From Candidatus Moranbacteria bacterium RIFCSPHIGHO2_01_FULL_55_24 (lineage in GTDB: Bacteria; Patescibacteriota; Minisyncoccia; Moranbacterales; UBA1568), in the NCBI GenBank assembly GCA_001786575.1, contig MFRW01000009.1, positions 24,979-88,978 of the forward strand: 64,000 nucleotides of DNA, given 5' to 3'. The notes beneath the pieces were generated by a model. It was not told the DNA's origin, did not search any database, and saw only the letters and a list, made by a program, of their open reading frames with translations. Below are positions 1-8,469 of the stretch, one piece after another. The position numbers were made by a program, and so were the translations under genes. Within the stretch, counting starts at the first letter, position 1, and every line of letters starts with the position of its first letter.

Positions 1-1
1 G

Positions 2-709
2 GTAGCAGAACAGCAATCACTCGAAGAAAAGAAGCAGCAGGCAGACACGCTTCTGACCCAGCTTGCCGAGCGCAACGACTACCTGGAATCGACCAAGGGA
101 AGCAAGGCTTCGCTTCTTGCGAAGACCCAGTCCGAGGCCGAGAAGTATGACGATCTGGTGGACGATCTCCAGAAGCAGCGCGAAGAATTGGAAAGCGAAA
201 TCGAAGGTTTGGAAGCCGGAAAAATAGATGATTTGGCAAGTCTCCCTGGATACAAGAAAGGGATGCTGGCCTATCCTGTAAAAAGTGTCAGTATCTCACA
301 AGGATACGGAAAGACTTCTTTCTCCAAGAAAGCTTATGCTTCCGGAAAGCATAACGGTATCGATTTTACCGGCTCTTCGGGGACTACGATTATGGCAGCA
401 GCAAATGGAAGGGTTGTCGGTACCGGAGACCTGGGCCGCTATGCCTATGGCAAGTGGGTCGCGATCGACCACGGGAACGGCATCGTGACGCTCTATGGCC
501 ATTTGCGAAAAATCAGCGTCAGCCGCGGCCAGAGCGTGGAAGAAGGAGAGAAGATCGGCGAGATGGGCAGTACGGGGTATTCGACCGGAACGCATGTCCA
601 CTTCACGGTATTTGCATCCAAGTCTTATGAAGTGGTCAGTTCTACCAAGGTGAAGGGTCTCAAGATCCCGATCGGCGCCTCCGTCAATCCGAAGGTCTAC
701 TTGCCATGA
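2..709 (+). CDS. M23-family peptidase (LytM domain) with N-terminal coiled coil; 5' end lies outside the window
   Basis: Reading frame is open from base 2. The C-terminal part carries the M23 signature HNGIDF...DHGNGIVTLYGHL...STG.H.HF. The upstream part is Q/E/K-rich coiled coil, as in EnvC/NlpD-like activators. Confidence 0.8.
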   Translation, partial: VAEQQSLEEKKQQADTLLTQLAERNDYLESTKGSKASLLAKTQSEAEKYDDLVDDLQKQREELESEIEGLEAGKIDDLASLPGYKKGMLAYPVKSVSISQGYGKTSFSKKAYASGKHNGIDFTGSSGTTIMAAANGRVVGTGDLGRYAYGKWVAIDHGNGIVTLYGHLRKISVSRGQSVEEGEKIGEMGSTGYSTGTHVHFTVFASKSYEVVSSTKVKGLKIPIGASVNPKVYLP

Positions 710-880
710 TGCCAGCGTATCCTATCCGGACTCGTTTCGCCAAAAGTATCGTCGCCGAGGTGCTTTTGCCGGAGTGCCAGACTGGAAAAATCGCGGAAGG
801 AGTATACTGAAAGACAGTTCTTTGAAAAATCCAGTTCTCAACGCATCCTAGCGTCCCTCTCAAGAAAGGAGGCTACTCTT

Positions 881-1138
881 ATGGGAAAGGTTATCCCATT
901 CCCGATGTTCCTTACGCGCATCGGGAAACCTGGTTCGCCGGAGGATCTCGGAAGAAAGATCATAACGGAACTTACCGAGCAGGATATCCATAATGTCCTG
1001 AAAGGTCTGACGGAAGGACTTCGCATCAGGATCAACAAGCATATGGCAGAAAAGAGATATTTCAGTGCTCTGTCGCATCTCGAACGCGCCAGAAGTGAAA
1101 TCCTTCTCGCCATAACAGAATTGGAGCGAAGCTCATGA
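881..1138 (+). CDS. hypothetical small protein (85 aa)
   Basis: ATG preceded by strong SD aaaGGAGGctactctt. Followed by a hairpin terminator. No recognisable domain. Confidence 0.55.
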   Translation: MGKVIPFPMFLTRIGKPGSPEDLGRKIITELTEQDIHNVLKGLTEGLRIRINKHMAEKRYFSALSHLERARSEILLAITELERSS

Positions 1139-1154
1139 CGGAATTTCCGGCCTC

Positions 1155-1204
1155 GGACTCCCCTAGCTGTTTTCAACGAAAACAGGGGAGTCCTTTTATT
1201 TTAT
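1155..1204 (+). terminator. Rho-independent terminator (long bulged hairpin ggactcccc...ggggagtcc plus TTTTATTTT)
   Basis: Inverted repeat 1155-1193 followed by a T-run at 1194-1204. Confidence 0.6.
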
Positions 1205-1554
1205 GGATATATGTCCTTACTCATTTAAGGAACGATGAAAGAGAAGACGAGAAGAAGAGAGGTGGTGACAAATGACAGGGGTGAGGGATACGTATATGTA
1301 CCCGGAAATTTTCCAAAACCGGCAGAACGCATTATATGAACGAGTTTCAGAAGCGTTTTATATGAAATTGGATATCTAAAGGTTTCTCTCATACATAATG
1401 TCGCATAAGTTACATAAGGCGACATGGTATAGACAAAACACCCTAGCAATAAGCCAAGGAAAAATTGCCGCAGAATTTTCGGTTCTTTTTTATTGACGGC
1501 CCATCTCCCTGCCCCAGGTGTCAGATTTCAAAAAGCAGGGAGAAAAATAAAATA

Positions 1555-1590
1555 AAAATCCCTGAATTATCACCCAGGGATTTTTTCTTC
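1555..1590 (+). terminator. hairpin plus T-run inside a 460-nt non-coding gap (possible terminator of a small RNA or leader)
   Basis: aaatccctg-N10-cagggattt followed by ttttttcttc. No protein-coding gene ends here. Confidence 0.4.
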
Positions 1591-1670
1591 TCTGGCCAGG
1601 AAGACTCCCCTTCTATTTGCCTTTCCTGGGAAATAAGAGTAGCTTGGAGGGTCATTATTTATACAAGCTT

Positions 1671-2051
1671 ATGAAAAAGCTGCTCGTGCCAGGAGTGATA
1701 GTCTTGGCGGTCATAGGGTTCCTTGGGACTCTTATGGATGATCCTTCACCATCCCAGACAAGCGTCCCAGCGCCGGCTATCGTAAATGAAGTAAAGCAGG
1801 CTCCGACTACGGCACCAGTCCAGGTAAAACCTGTTGAAGAGAAGAAAGTCGAAGCCCCGGCAGTGAAGAGTACTGCTTCCTGCGGAGAGGATTACTACCG
1901 GAACGTCGATGGTGATTGCGTGCATCGGCCGACGGCCGCTCCTTCTGCACCTGCAGGAGCAACGGCAAGGTGCCGAGATGGCACATACAGTTACAGCCAA
2001 CATAGAAGCGGCACTTGTTCCCACCACGGCGGCGTAGCAAGTTGGCTGTAA
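1671..2051 (+). CDS. membrane-anchored DUF3761 domain protein
   Basis: Starts MKKLLVPGVIVLAVIGFLG (signal anchor). C-terminus CRDGTYSYSQHRSGTCSHHGGVASWL matches the DUF3761 signature C.DG..S.S....GTCS.HGGV. The in-frame ATG at 1617 is an alternative start. Confidence 0.7.
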   Translation: MKKLLVPGVIVLAVIGFLGTLMDDPSPSQTSVPAPAIVNEVKQAPTTAPVQVKPVEEKKVEAPAVKSTASCGEDYYRNVDGDCVHRPTAAPSAPAGATARCRDGTYSYSQHRSGTCSHHGGVASWL

Positions 2052-2068
2052 GTTTTTTGGATAAGAAA

Positions 2069-2128
2069 AGAGCGCAGATCGTGATAGATTTGCGCTCTTG
2101 AGTTTATTCGCCTCGGTTCAGGCGAATA
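2069..2128. terminator. two tandem hairpins between convergent genes (bidirectional terminator)
   Basis: agagcgca-N14-tgcgctct at 2069-2098 and tattcgcc-N8-ggcgaata at 2105-2128, with T/A-rich flanks on both strands. Confidence 0.5.
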
Positions 2129-2150
2129 GCCGGAAGAAGAATCTGCCGGA

Positions 2151-2579
2151 TCATTTGCGTGAAAGAAGTCTTTCCTGGAGAAACCTCTGCATGAGAGATT
2201 GATCCACTGGGATCGACACCTTGTAGACGCAGATTTCGCGTTCGCGGTCCGCCTGGACACTCTCGGTCCTTTTTTCGTCGATGCGGATCTCGAGCTTCTT
2301 GAGAATCATCGGGACATAGGTCGGATCATACGCGTGCGGCGTTTCTTCGGGAGTATCTCCCTGGTAATGGTTGTCCGTGAGGATCCAGAACGGGATTTTC
2401 TTCCGCCGGAAACCACAGAGCTTTTCTTCGAATTCCTCTTTCCGAGTGCAGATGGTGTATGCCAATTGATATTCGATTTCCTCCCATCTGAAGAGGTCGA
2501 GGAAATGCTTGAGATCCCACTTGTTCGTCTCCCAATACGCGAGTCCGAACAAGCAGAGTACTTCAGTTTCCTGCCACAT
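2151..2579 (-). CDS. hypothetical protein (142 aa)
   Basis: ATG with SD AAGGAGacagtgaat upstream. Protein-like composition. The overlapping plus-strand ORF 2199-2669 looks antisense (D/E/L/F-rich). Confidence 0.55.
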   Translation of the reverse strand: MWQETEVLCLFGLAYWETNKWDLKHFLDLFRWEEIEYQLAYTICTRKEEFEEKLCGFRRKKIPFWILTDNHYQGDTPEETPHAYDPTYVPMILKKLEIRIDEKRTESVQADREREICVYKVSIPVDQSLMQRFLQERLLSRK

Positions 2580-2678
2580 GATTCACTGTCTCCTTGGCTA
2601 TTTTCTCTGGAAATTGTTAAGATACTAACTTCAAATGATAGCATATTTCTCGTGTTTTGTCAATGGTAGAAGGGAAGT

Positions 2679-4673
2679 ATGAGGTTCTTGCCGGGGGGCC
2701 GAAAACCGGCCGAAGAGAGCCTATCCAACTCCGGGAGAGCGAGCTACAATGGAGACAGCTATCACTTTTCTTCTTCCCTCCCTATGGGGCCATTTCCAAC
2801 CACGTGGTTTCAGAGAGGTATCATCCTGCTTGCTTTAGGCAGCTTTCTTTTTCTCGGTGCACAGTCGCTTGCGCACTTCGAGACTGTCGACGAGCATTTC
2901 TGGAAATATGAGCGTATCCCGGAGTACTGGACGGCTCTGCGGGAAGGCAAGTGGAAGAAGACGGCTGTGAACGACAAGCCGGGGATCACGGTAGCGCTCT
3001 TCGCCGGCCCGGGACTTCTCTTCTCCGATCCCGAAAAGCACCGCATCCGCGATGATGCCGCGACGCTCGGGGGCGAGCTCACCATCTACGATACCCGAGA
3101 GACCAGAGCGATGAATCTGGCTTTGCGTCTCCCGGTGCTTCTAGTGAATGCCGGTCTCATCCTTCTCATCGCTTTTCTTCTGCTCCGCATTTTCGGAAAC
3201 GCGTGGGTATCCGTCTTCGGAACGCTCTTCATCGCTACTTCGCCGATCCTCCTCGGTATCTCGCAGATCTTAAATCCCGATGCCTTCCTCTGGTCTTTCG
3301 GGACCGCAGCCATCCTCGCGTGGCTCGCGTATTTCAAGTCTTTCCAGGGACGCTATGTGGTACTGGCGGCTGTCATGCTGGGGTTCGCGCTTCTTTCCAA
3401 ATACACGGCGCATATCCTCTTCCCTTTCTTTCTCCTCCTCCCGTTAGGGCTCTTTCTTTTCGGACTGTTCCCGCTGAAGCGTCTGCAGAGAACCTGTTTC
3501 GCGTTCGCGGCCCTCGTCCTCGGGGCGTTCGCGTGGTTCAGCTTGTTTCTTCCGGCGGTATTTTTCAAGAAGAATCTCCTCTGGAAAAGCACCTTCGGCT
3601 TCTGGCAGGAGATGGGGATCCTGGTGCCGTTTGCAGCCGCCTTTCTCCTGGTAGGAGCGCTCGCGTATGCGGCCAGCGGCAAGGGGGCTGAAACGCTCCA
3701 GAAACGCTTTGCTCCCCTTGTCCCGTTCACGCGTTTCCTAGGGCTCGTTCCTCTGCTTTTCTTCGTGGCTATTCTCGTGTGCGGGCTGGGCAGTCAGCCA
3801 CTCATCCCGCTCGAGACCCATATGCTCATGGCCAAGAACAATGGAGAGTTGAGCTTCCCGACCATCGCGGCAGCGCTCCCCTCTTCGTTTCAGTTCATTA
3901 TCAAAACCATGGTGGAGCTCTACCCGCTCGTGTTCTCGTTCTCGCTCCCTGCCCTCTTCTTCCTCGCCTGGATATTGGTGCGGACGCTCTGGAACAAGGG
4001 AGACACGGAAGAGAGCCGCCACCAGCTCTTCTTCGTCCTGGCGGCAAGCTGGTTCGCGCTCGGTTTCGCAGCCGTCACGCTTTCCGCAGGCGTTCTCATG
4101 AACGCACGCTACGGTATCCTGCTTTTCCCTCTCGCCTACATCTTGGCGGGTCTCGGCGCTTGGGACTTCGTACTCTTCATCAAAAAAGTTTTCCCGCGTG
4201 CCGCTACAGAAGTGCTTGCTCTAGCCCTTGCAGCGCTCCTCTTGGCTTCCGGCATCTGTACCCTCGCCCAGGCCAAACCCTTCTATTTCAACTACACATC
4301 TCCCCTCCTCCAGAAGCAGTTCGTCATCCACGATGCCTGGGGCTACGGCCTCTACGAAGCCGCGGAATACCTGAACAGCCTTCCGGAAGACCAGCCCATA
4401 TATGTCTGGAGCGATCGGAACGGCATCTGCCAATTCCTGGAGCATCCGAAATGTGTCAGCGGCTACCGTCTCGACCGGGAAAAAACACCCCTCAAATATA
4501 TGGTGGTGAGCAAGCGCGGAATCGAACGCGGCTATATGCCCTACTGGTCCGGCGCGGCGAAAGAGACCCGGATCCCCATCATGGACTATGTCGGCATAGA
4601 GGCCAGAGCGGTCTGGCGTCTCGACATCCTCGGCCGGCCTGACAACTTCATCATGGTAGTGCCGGTAGAATAA
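2679..4673 (+). CDS. integral-membrane glycosyltransferase of the ArnT/PMT (GT39/GT83-like) family
   Basis: About 13 predicted TM helices. LSKYTAHILFPFFLLL-type loop motifs typical of dolichyl/undecaprenyl-phosphate-sugar dependent glycosyltransferases. Large C-terminal soluble domain. SD-like gaaggga before 2679. Alternative start at 2784. Confidence 0.65.
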   Translation: MRFLPGGRKPAEESLSNSGRASYNGDSYHFSSSLPMGPFPTTWFQRGIILLALGSFLFLGAQSLAHFETVDEHFWKYERIPEYWTALREGKWKKTAVNDKPGITVALFAGPGLLFSDPEKHRIRDDAATLGGELTIYDTRETRAMNLALRLPVLLVNAGLILLIAFLLLRIFGNAWVSVFGTLFIATSPILLGISQILNPDAFLWSFGTAAILAWLAYFKSFQGRYVVLAAVMLGFALLSKYTAHILFPFFLLLPLGLFLFGLFPLKRLQRTCFAFAALVLGAFAWFSLFLPAVFFKKNLLWKSTFGFWQEMGILVPFAAAFLLVGALAYAASGKGAETLQKRFAPLVPFTRFLGLVPLLFFVAILVCGLGSQPLIPLETHMLMAKNNGELSFPTIAAALPSSFQFIIKTMVELYPLVFSFSLPALFFLAWILVRTLWNKGDTEESRHQLFFVLAASWFALGFAAVTLSAGVLMNARYGILLFPLAYILAGLGAWDFVLFIKKVFPRAATEVLALALAALLLASGICTLAQAKPFYFNYTSPLLQKQFVIHDAWGYGLYEAAEYLNSLPEDQPIYVWSDRNGICQFLEHPKCVSGYRLDREKTPLKYMVVSKRGIERGYMPYWSGAAKETRIPIMDYVGIEARAVWRLDILGRPDNFIMVVPVE

Positions 4674-4679
4674 GTAATA

Positions 4680-4722
4680 AAAAAACCGGGAAAGATCACG
4701 ATGGATCTTCCCCGGCCCTTGA
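4680..4722 (-). terminator. imperfect hairpin flanked by A7/T7 (terminator for the GGDEF gene)
   Basis: aaaaaaa ccgggaaagatc acgatg gatcttccccgg located between two convergent genes. Confidence 0.45.
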
Positions 4723-4727
4723 AAGTT

Positions 4728-5606
4728 TTAGGCAGCGCTGACGCTGACTTGGTCTTTGCCATTCTGCTTCGAGGCGTAGAGCGCTTGGTCGGCCTTGTGG
4801 AGAGCCTCGCGGAGGCTGTCCTCATGCTCGTAGAGCACTTCGGCGATACCGACACTGGCGGTCACCTGGAGGCCGTCCGAGAAAGTGAACCGATCATCGC
4901 TTCGCATATAGGCTTGGAGGCGCTCGCAGAGCGGCCCAGCCTGTCCGGGAAGCGTGTTCGGCAGGATGACGACGAATTCGTCGCCGCCATCCCGACACAG
5001 GATGTCCTGGTCGCGGATGAACGTCTTCCGCAGATTCTCGGCGAATGCCATGAGCACTCCATCCCCGGCGGCGTGGCCATGGGTATCGTTCACGACCTTG
5101 AAGTTATCGAGGTCGATCCGGATGACTGCCATCTCGGCGTGCGCTTTGCCGATTCTGATGCGGACGAGATTGCTCTCGTTTTGTTTCGGCAGAGGCGCTA
5201 GCCCTTCGTGTTCGCGGAGTGCTTGTCCGCGCTTGTTCCCGAACATGCGGGCAAGTATGCTCCGCACCCGGTCGAATTGCACATCCTTCCCTCGCCGATT
5301 GTACAGCTTGGTCAGGTGGTCGCGATGCGCCTCTTCGCGCATCAGGTGGAGCTCGTGTTCCAAGCGCAACGTGCGCTCGCGTTCCTGCTTCAGGAATTCG
5401 TTTTCCCGCTCGAGCCCGAAGATCTTGGACTTCGCACCCTCGAGCAGAGCTTCGATAGCGTGGTTATGACCCACGGCGGCATCGCGGTCCTTCCGGGCAT
5501 TCTCCAGTTCTGTCTGGAGATTCTTGATTCTGCGGCGATCCTCCTCGAACCATTTCTTGACGTATTTCAGGAAACGCACGAACCGTTGAGTGGTTCTTTT
5601 CGGCAT
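4728..5606 (-). CDS. diguanylate cyclase (GGDEF domain) with N-terminal coiled coil and I-site
   Basis: RDQDILCRDGGDEFVVIL carries the GGDEF motif plus an RxxD inhibitory site. DLDNFKVVND is the standard GGDEF-domain start. Preferred start is the ATG at 5606 (SD aaagggg, 7 nt spacing). The ORF track extends to a TTG at 5642. Confidence 0.8.
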   Translation of the reverse strand: MPKRTTQRFVRFLKYVKKWFEEDRRRIKNLQTELENARKDRDAAVGHNHAIEALLEGAKSKIFGLERENEFLKQERERTLRLEHELHLMREEAHRDHLTKLYNRRGKDVQFDRVRSILARMFGNKRGQALREHEGLAPLPKQNESNLVRIRIGKAHAEMAVIRIDLDNFKVVNDTHGHAAGDGVLMAFAENLRKTFIRDQDILCRDGGDEFVVILPNTLPGQAGPLCERLQAYMRSDDRFTFSDGLQVTASVGIAEVLYEHEDSLREALHKADQALYASKQNGKDQVSVSAA

Positions 5607-5754
5607 ATTTAGACCCCTTTCTGCCTGTGGTTGAAATTTCAAGGTACAATTAACATTCTAGCATGTTTTCGAGATGCTGTCAAGAGCACGGGGGTGCCGC
5701 CAGCCTAGAGGAAAAAGCCGGAAATTGGTACAATAGAGTGACTTATCAAAGCCT

Positions 5755-6918
5755 ATGCGTATCTCCTATTCCAGCCTGGATACCTACCAGACCTGTCCCC
5801 TCAAGTACAAGTTCAAGAATATCGACAAGATCGCCGAGCCCAAGTCCAAGGAGGCGGTTTTCGGCACCCTCGTCCACTCGGTCATGAAGTTCATCCACAG
5901 CTCGAACCTCGTCCCGCCGACCCTCGAGCAGTCTCTCGACTACTTCTCCCGCGGCTGGAACAGCGAAGTCTTCCCGGATGAGCTCGAGGAACGCGCCGCC
6001 TTCACCCAAGGCGTCCAGATGATCCAGCAGTACTACGAGAAGACCGATATCCCAGCTGCCCGGATCATCGATCTCGAGAGCCGCTTCTCCATAGAGATCG
6101 GCGACGATGAGCGCGGCCGCCACACCGTCTCCGGTATCATCGACCGCATCGACAAGACGCTGGACGGCTACGAGATCATCGACTACAAGACGACGCGCAA
6201 GATGCCGTCTCAAGACAAGGTCGACAACGACATCCAGCTTTCCATCTATCTGCGGGCGTTCCTCGACCGCTACCCGAAGGAAGCCGAGAACCTCGAGAAC
6301 ATCACCGTGAGCCTCTATTACCTGAAGCACGGCGTGAAGATGTCGGCGACGCGCACCAGAGAACAGCTCGAGAATCTCGAGAACACGTTCCTCGGGGTCA
6401 TCCAGGCGATCGAGAAGGCAGAGTTTCCGCCTGTCCTCTCCCCGCTCTGCGACTGGTGCGGCTACCAGAAGATCTGTCCGCTCTGGAAGCACAAGTTCGC
6501 CGAGACCCGGAAAGTCGAGACGGAAGAAGTGACCCAGGCGATCGAGGACTTCATGGGGCTGCGCAGGCAGATGGCCGAAGAGAAGCAGCAGATTGCCAAG
6601 CTTCAGGCGCTCATCCTCGAATACATGGAACAGGAAGGCGTGGAGCGCGTCTTCGGCGAGGCCGGCATCATCGGCAAGAGCCTGCGCACCACGTACAAGT
6701 ACGATCCGGAAAAACTGCGGGCGATACTCGACCCCCTGGATAAGTGGGAGGCGGTTCTCAAGGTAGACGGTATCGCGCTCAAGAACATCCTGGCGACTCT
6801 CCCTCCCGAGGCCAAGAAATCCGTGCAGGAGGCGAAGGTGCTCGACCGGCAATCGACGAGCCTGTCCGTGAAGAAAACTGGCGCGAGTGCCGAATATTCC
6901 GACGAAATCACGCTCTGA
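5755..6918 (+). CDS. PD-(D/E)XK nuclease superfamily protein (Cas4/RecB-like, with Cys cluster) plus C-terminal coiled-coil extension
   Basis: N-terminal SYSSLDTYQTCPLKYKF. Catalytic core IIDRID...YEIIDYKTT...QLSIY. C-terminal CDWCGYQKICPLW resembles Cas4/AddB-type nucleases with a 4-Cys (Fe-S) cluster. Residues ~250-387 are K/E-rich coiled coil. Confidence 0.75.
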   Translation: MRISYSSLDTYQTCPLKYKFKNIDKIAEPKSKEAVFGTLVHSVMKFIHSSNLVPPTLEQSLDYFSRGWNSEVFPDELEERAAFTQGVQMIQQYYEKTDIPAARIIDLESRFSIEIGDDERGRHTVSGIIDRIDKTLDGYEIIDYKTTRKMPSQDKVDNDIQLSIYLRAFLDRYPKEAENLENITVSLYYLKHGVKMSATRTREQLENLENTFLGVIQAIEKAEFPPVLSPLCDWCGYQKICPLWKHKFAETRKVETEEVTQAIEDFMGLRRQMAEEKQQIAKLQALILEYMEQEGVERVFGEAGIIGKSLRTTYKYDPEKLRAILDPLDKWEAVLKVDGIALKNILATLPPEAKKSVQEAKVLDRQSTSLSVKKTGASAEYSDEITL

Positions 6919-6922
6919 CGAA

Positions 6923-6948
6923 GAACCGGCCGGAGAGCCGGTTTTTCA
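6923..6948 (+). terminator. Rho-independent terminator
   Basis: accggc-cggaga-gccggt followed by TTTTTC. Confidence 0.6.
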
Positions 6949-6977
6949 TTGACGGAACGGAGCAAATCGGATATAAA
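6949..6977 (+). promoter_or_regulatory. sigma70-like promoter TTGACG-17-TATAAA
   Basis: -35 at 6949-6954 and -10 at 6972-6977 with a 17-nt spacer. Drives the gene at 7013. Confidence 0.45.
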
Positions 6978-7012
6978 CCGAGTAGTTGTTTTGGCAATCA
7001 GGAGATCCTGAA

Positions 7013-7474
7013 ATGGCAGAAATCTTCGCATTCCCGAGCGATAAGGCGAGGAAATCTTATCGCCAACAGCGGCCCGAGCGCGGCTGGTACCAGGAGAACG
7101 GCGTCCGCCTCTACCGCAATTACCAGCTCATAGATCTGGCCGGAGAACGCCCGAGAGGCCACCCAGAGCTCTCTTGCGACCCCCAGGGCATGGTTTTGCT
7201 TGCGACTGGCCAGGTATGGGTGGAGATCCATAATCAAGACCTCTGGGTCATCAGAAGGCTCGAAAAGAGGCCTTCTGGGAACTATCTGGTCTACTTGTCC
7301 ATGTATCGGCGCCGCAAGATTACTCTCATATTGTCGGAAATCGGCTTCCGTCAGAGCATGCTGGTCTGGGAGCACTATCTCAAGTTCAACCAGGAAACCG
7401 CGGAAATACTCCGCTCCATGTTCGAGGGTGATTTATCCGCTCCCGGAGGCACTCTGGAAGGGATGACAGAATGA
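7013..7474 (+). CDS. hypothetical protein (153 aa)
   Basis: ATG preceded by aggag. No recognisable domain. Followed by a strong terminator. Confidence 0.5.
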   Translation: MAEIFAFPSDKARKSYRQQRPERGWYQENGVRLYRNYQLIDLAGERPRGHPELSCDPQGMVLLATGQVWVEIHNQDLWVIRRLEKRPSGNYLVYLSMYRRRKITLILSEIGFRQSMLVWEHYLKFNQETAEILRSMFEGDLSAPGGTLEGMTE

Positions 7475-7488
7475 CCCGGCCACCGGGT

Positions 7489-7522
7489 ACCGCATCGATT
7501 GATTTCGGTGCGGTTTTTTTTA
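7489..7522 (+). terminator. Rho-independent terminator
   Basis: accgcatcga-ttgatt-tcggtgcggt (10-bp stem with one G-U pair) plus T8. Confidence 0.7.
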
Positions 7523-7837
7523 TTTCAATTCCCAGAGGATATCCCAGAAATCCTTGACCCGGTCTTTCTCGTCTATCTCGATCCCCTCTTTTTTATATAA
7601 TGCCAGGCGCTTTTTCCTCCGCTGCGTATCTACCCAGATGCGGCCGTCAGCATAGACGATCCGATGGAACGGGATATTCGTCTGGCCGTTCTCGTAGGCC
7701 TTGCCCAGGATAGTCGTGATGCTCTGGGCAGCCATGCCTCCCCCGCCCGCGGCGCGTGCGATCCGCCCGTACGTCGTCACCCGTCCCGCCGGTATCGAGA
7801 GCGCTATCTTCACTACCCGTTCGCTGAAAGTCTGCAT
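7520..7837 (-). CDS. MGMT-fold alkyltransferase-like (ATL) protein lacking the acceptor cysteine
   Basis: Ogt/Ada C-terminal DNA-binding fold is conserved (TYGRIA...G.P.AARAVG). The active-site PCHRV is replaced by PFHRIV, as in ATL proteins (PWHRV in E. coli YbaZ). Confidence 0.7.
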   Translation of the reverse strand: MQTFSERVVKIALSIPAGRVTTYGRIARAAGGGGMAAQSITTILGKAYENGQTNIPFHRIVYADGRIWVDTQRRKKRLALYKKEGIEIDEKDRVKDFWDILWELK

Positions 7838-7870
7838 ACGCTATTTTCTGCTAAAATCATCTGTTCATGA

Positions 7871-8461
7871 CTAGAAAAACGGTAACGCTTGGAGATACTC
7901 GTACGCATACGCGGCTACGAGAGCAAGCGATATATTGAAAACCAGATTGCCCAAGCCGAGAGGGATCATGACCCTCCAGAAAGGATAGCGCAGCAAACCC
8001 ATCGGGATGGTGATGACATCATTCGAGAGCGGGAGCAGAGAACCATACAAGAAAAAAAATATCGGCAAAAGCTTGGGATACTTTTGCTGCACGAAAGACA
8101 GTCTCTCTAACATGGACTGCAAGCGAGGAGACATCAATGACCTGCCTTGATGGCCGATGTAATAGGAAGTCGAGTCGCCGAGCATGACGCCGATGGCGGT
8201 TACCGTACCAAGCAGAAACGGGTTCAGTCCGCCGGTTGCCAATGCGATAAGGACCAGGTGGAACGGAATTCCGCTGAATGTCGTCAAACCGCCCAAGAGC
8301 GCGAGGAAAAAAATAAGAAGATAAGCATTTTCGACTCCGATGAAACCGAGGATATTTTCCGGGGATGAATAGGAGAAAACGAAAGAGAATCCGATAAAAA
8401 ACAGAATCGGAATGAGGCGCGGGGCGTATTTGAGTAATTTCTTCGCCGTAATGCTTAACAT
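7871..8461 (-). CDS. DedA/VTT (TVP38/TMEM64) family membrane protein
   Basis: Polytopic membrane protein with Gly-rich re-entrant segments (SNDVITIPMGLLRYPFWRVMIPLGLGN) typical of the DedA family. Confidence 0.6.
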   Translation of the reverse strand: MLSITAKKLLKYAPRLIPILFFIGFSFVFSYSSPENILGFIGVENAYLLIFFLALLGGLTTFSGIPFHLVLIALATGGLNPFLLGTVTAIGVMLGDSTSYYIGHQGRSLMSPRLQSMLERLSFVQQKYPKLLPIFFFLYGSLLPLSNDVITIPMGLLRYPFWRVMIPLGLGNLVFNISLALVAAYAYEYLQALPFF

Positions 8462-8469
8462 AGAGAATG

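Noticed and set aside
1465-1674. ORF 1465-1674(+) and the 1617 start for the DUF3761 gene.
   Set aside because: 1465-1674 reads through a hairpin terminator and has junk-like composition (FRFFFIDGPSPCPRC). The 1617 start lacks an SD. MKKLL at 1671 begins a typical signal anchor.
4515-4540. tRNA T-loop-like string gcgttcgattcc (reverse strand) inside the GT39-like CDS.
   Set aside because: No acceptor or anticodon arms can be drawn around it. It lies in frame within a well-supported membrane-protein gene (encodes GIERGYMPY).
5746-6852. Long antisense ORFs opposite strongly supported genes. These include 5746-6852(-) opposite the nuclease, 21906-23111(+) and 22769-23677(+) opposite dnaK, 27039-28592(-) opposite cysS, 28580-29635(-) opposite dnaB, 42988-44496(+) opposite scpA/MFS, 46620-47444(+) opposite pyrG, 52361-53731(+) opposite secA, 55791-57851(+) opposite murC/murG, and 60395-61708(+) opposite the DUF4012 gene.
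   Set aside because: High-GC DNA yields long stop-free antisense frames. Their products are D/E/R/L-rich low-complexity sequences without motifs. Every partner gene has clear family signatures.
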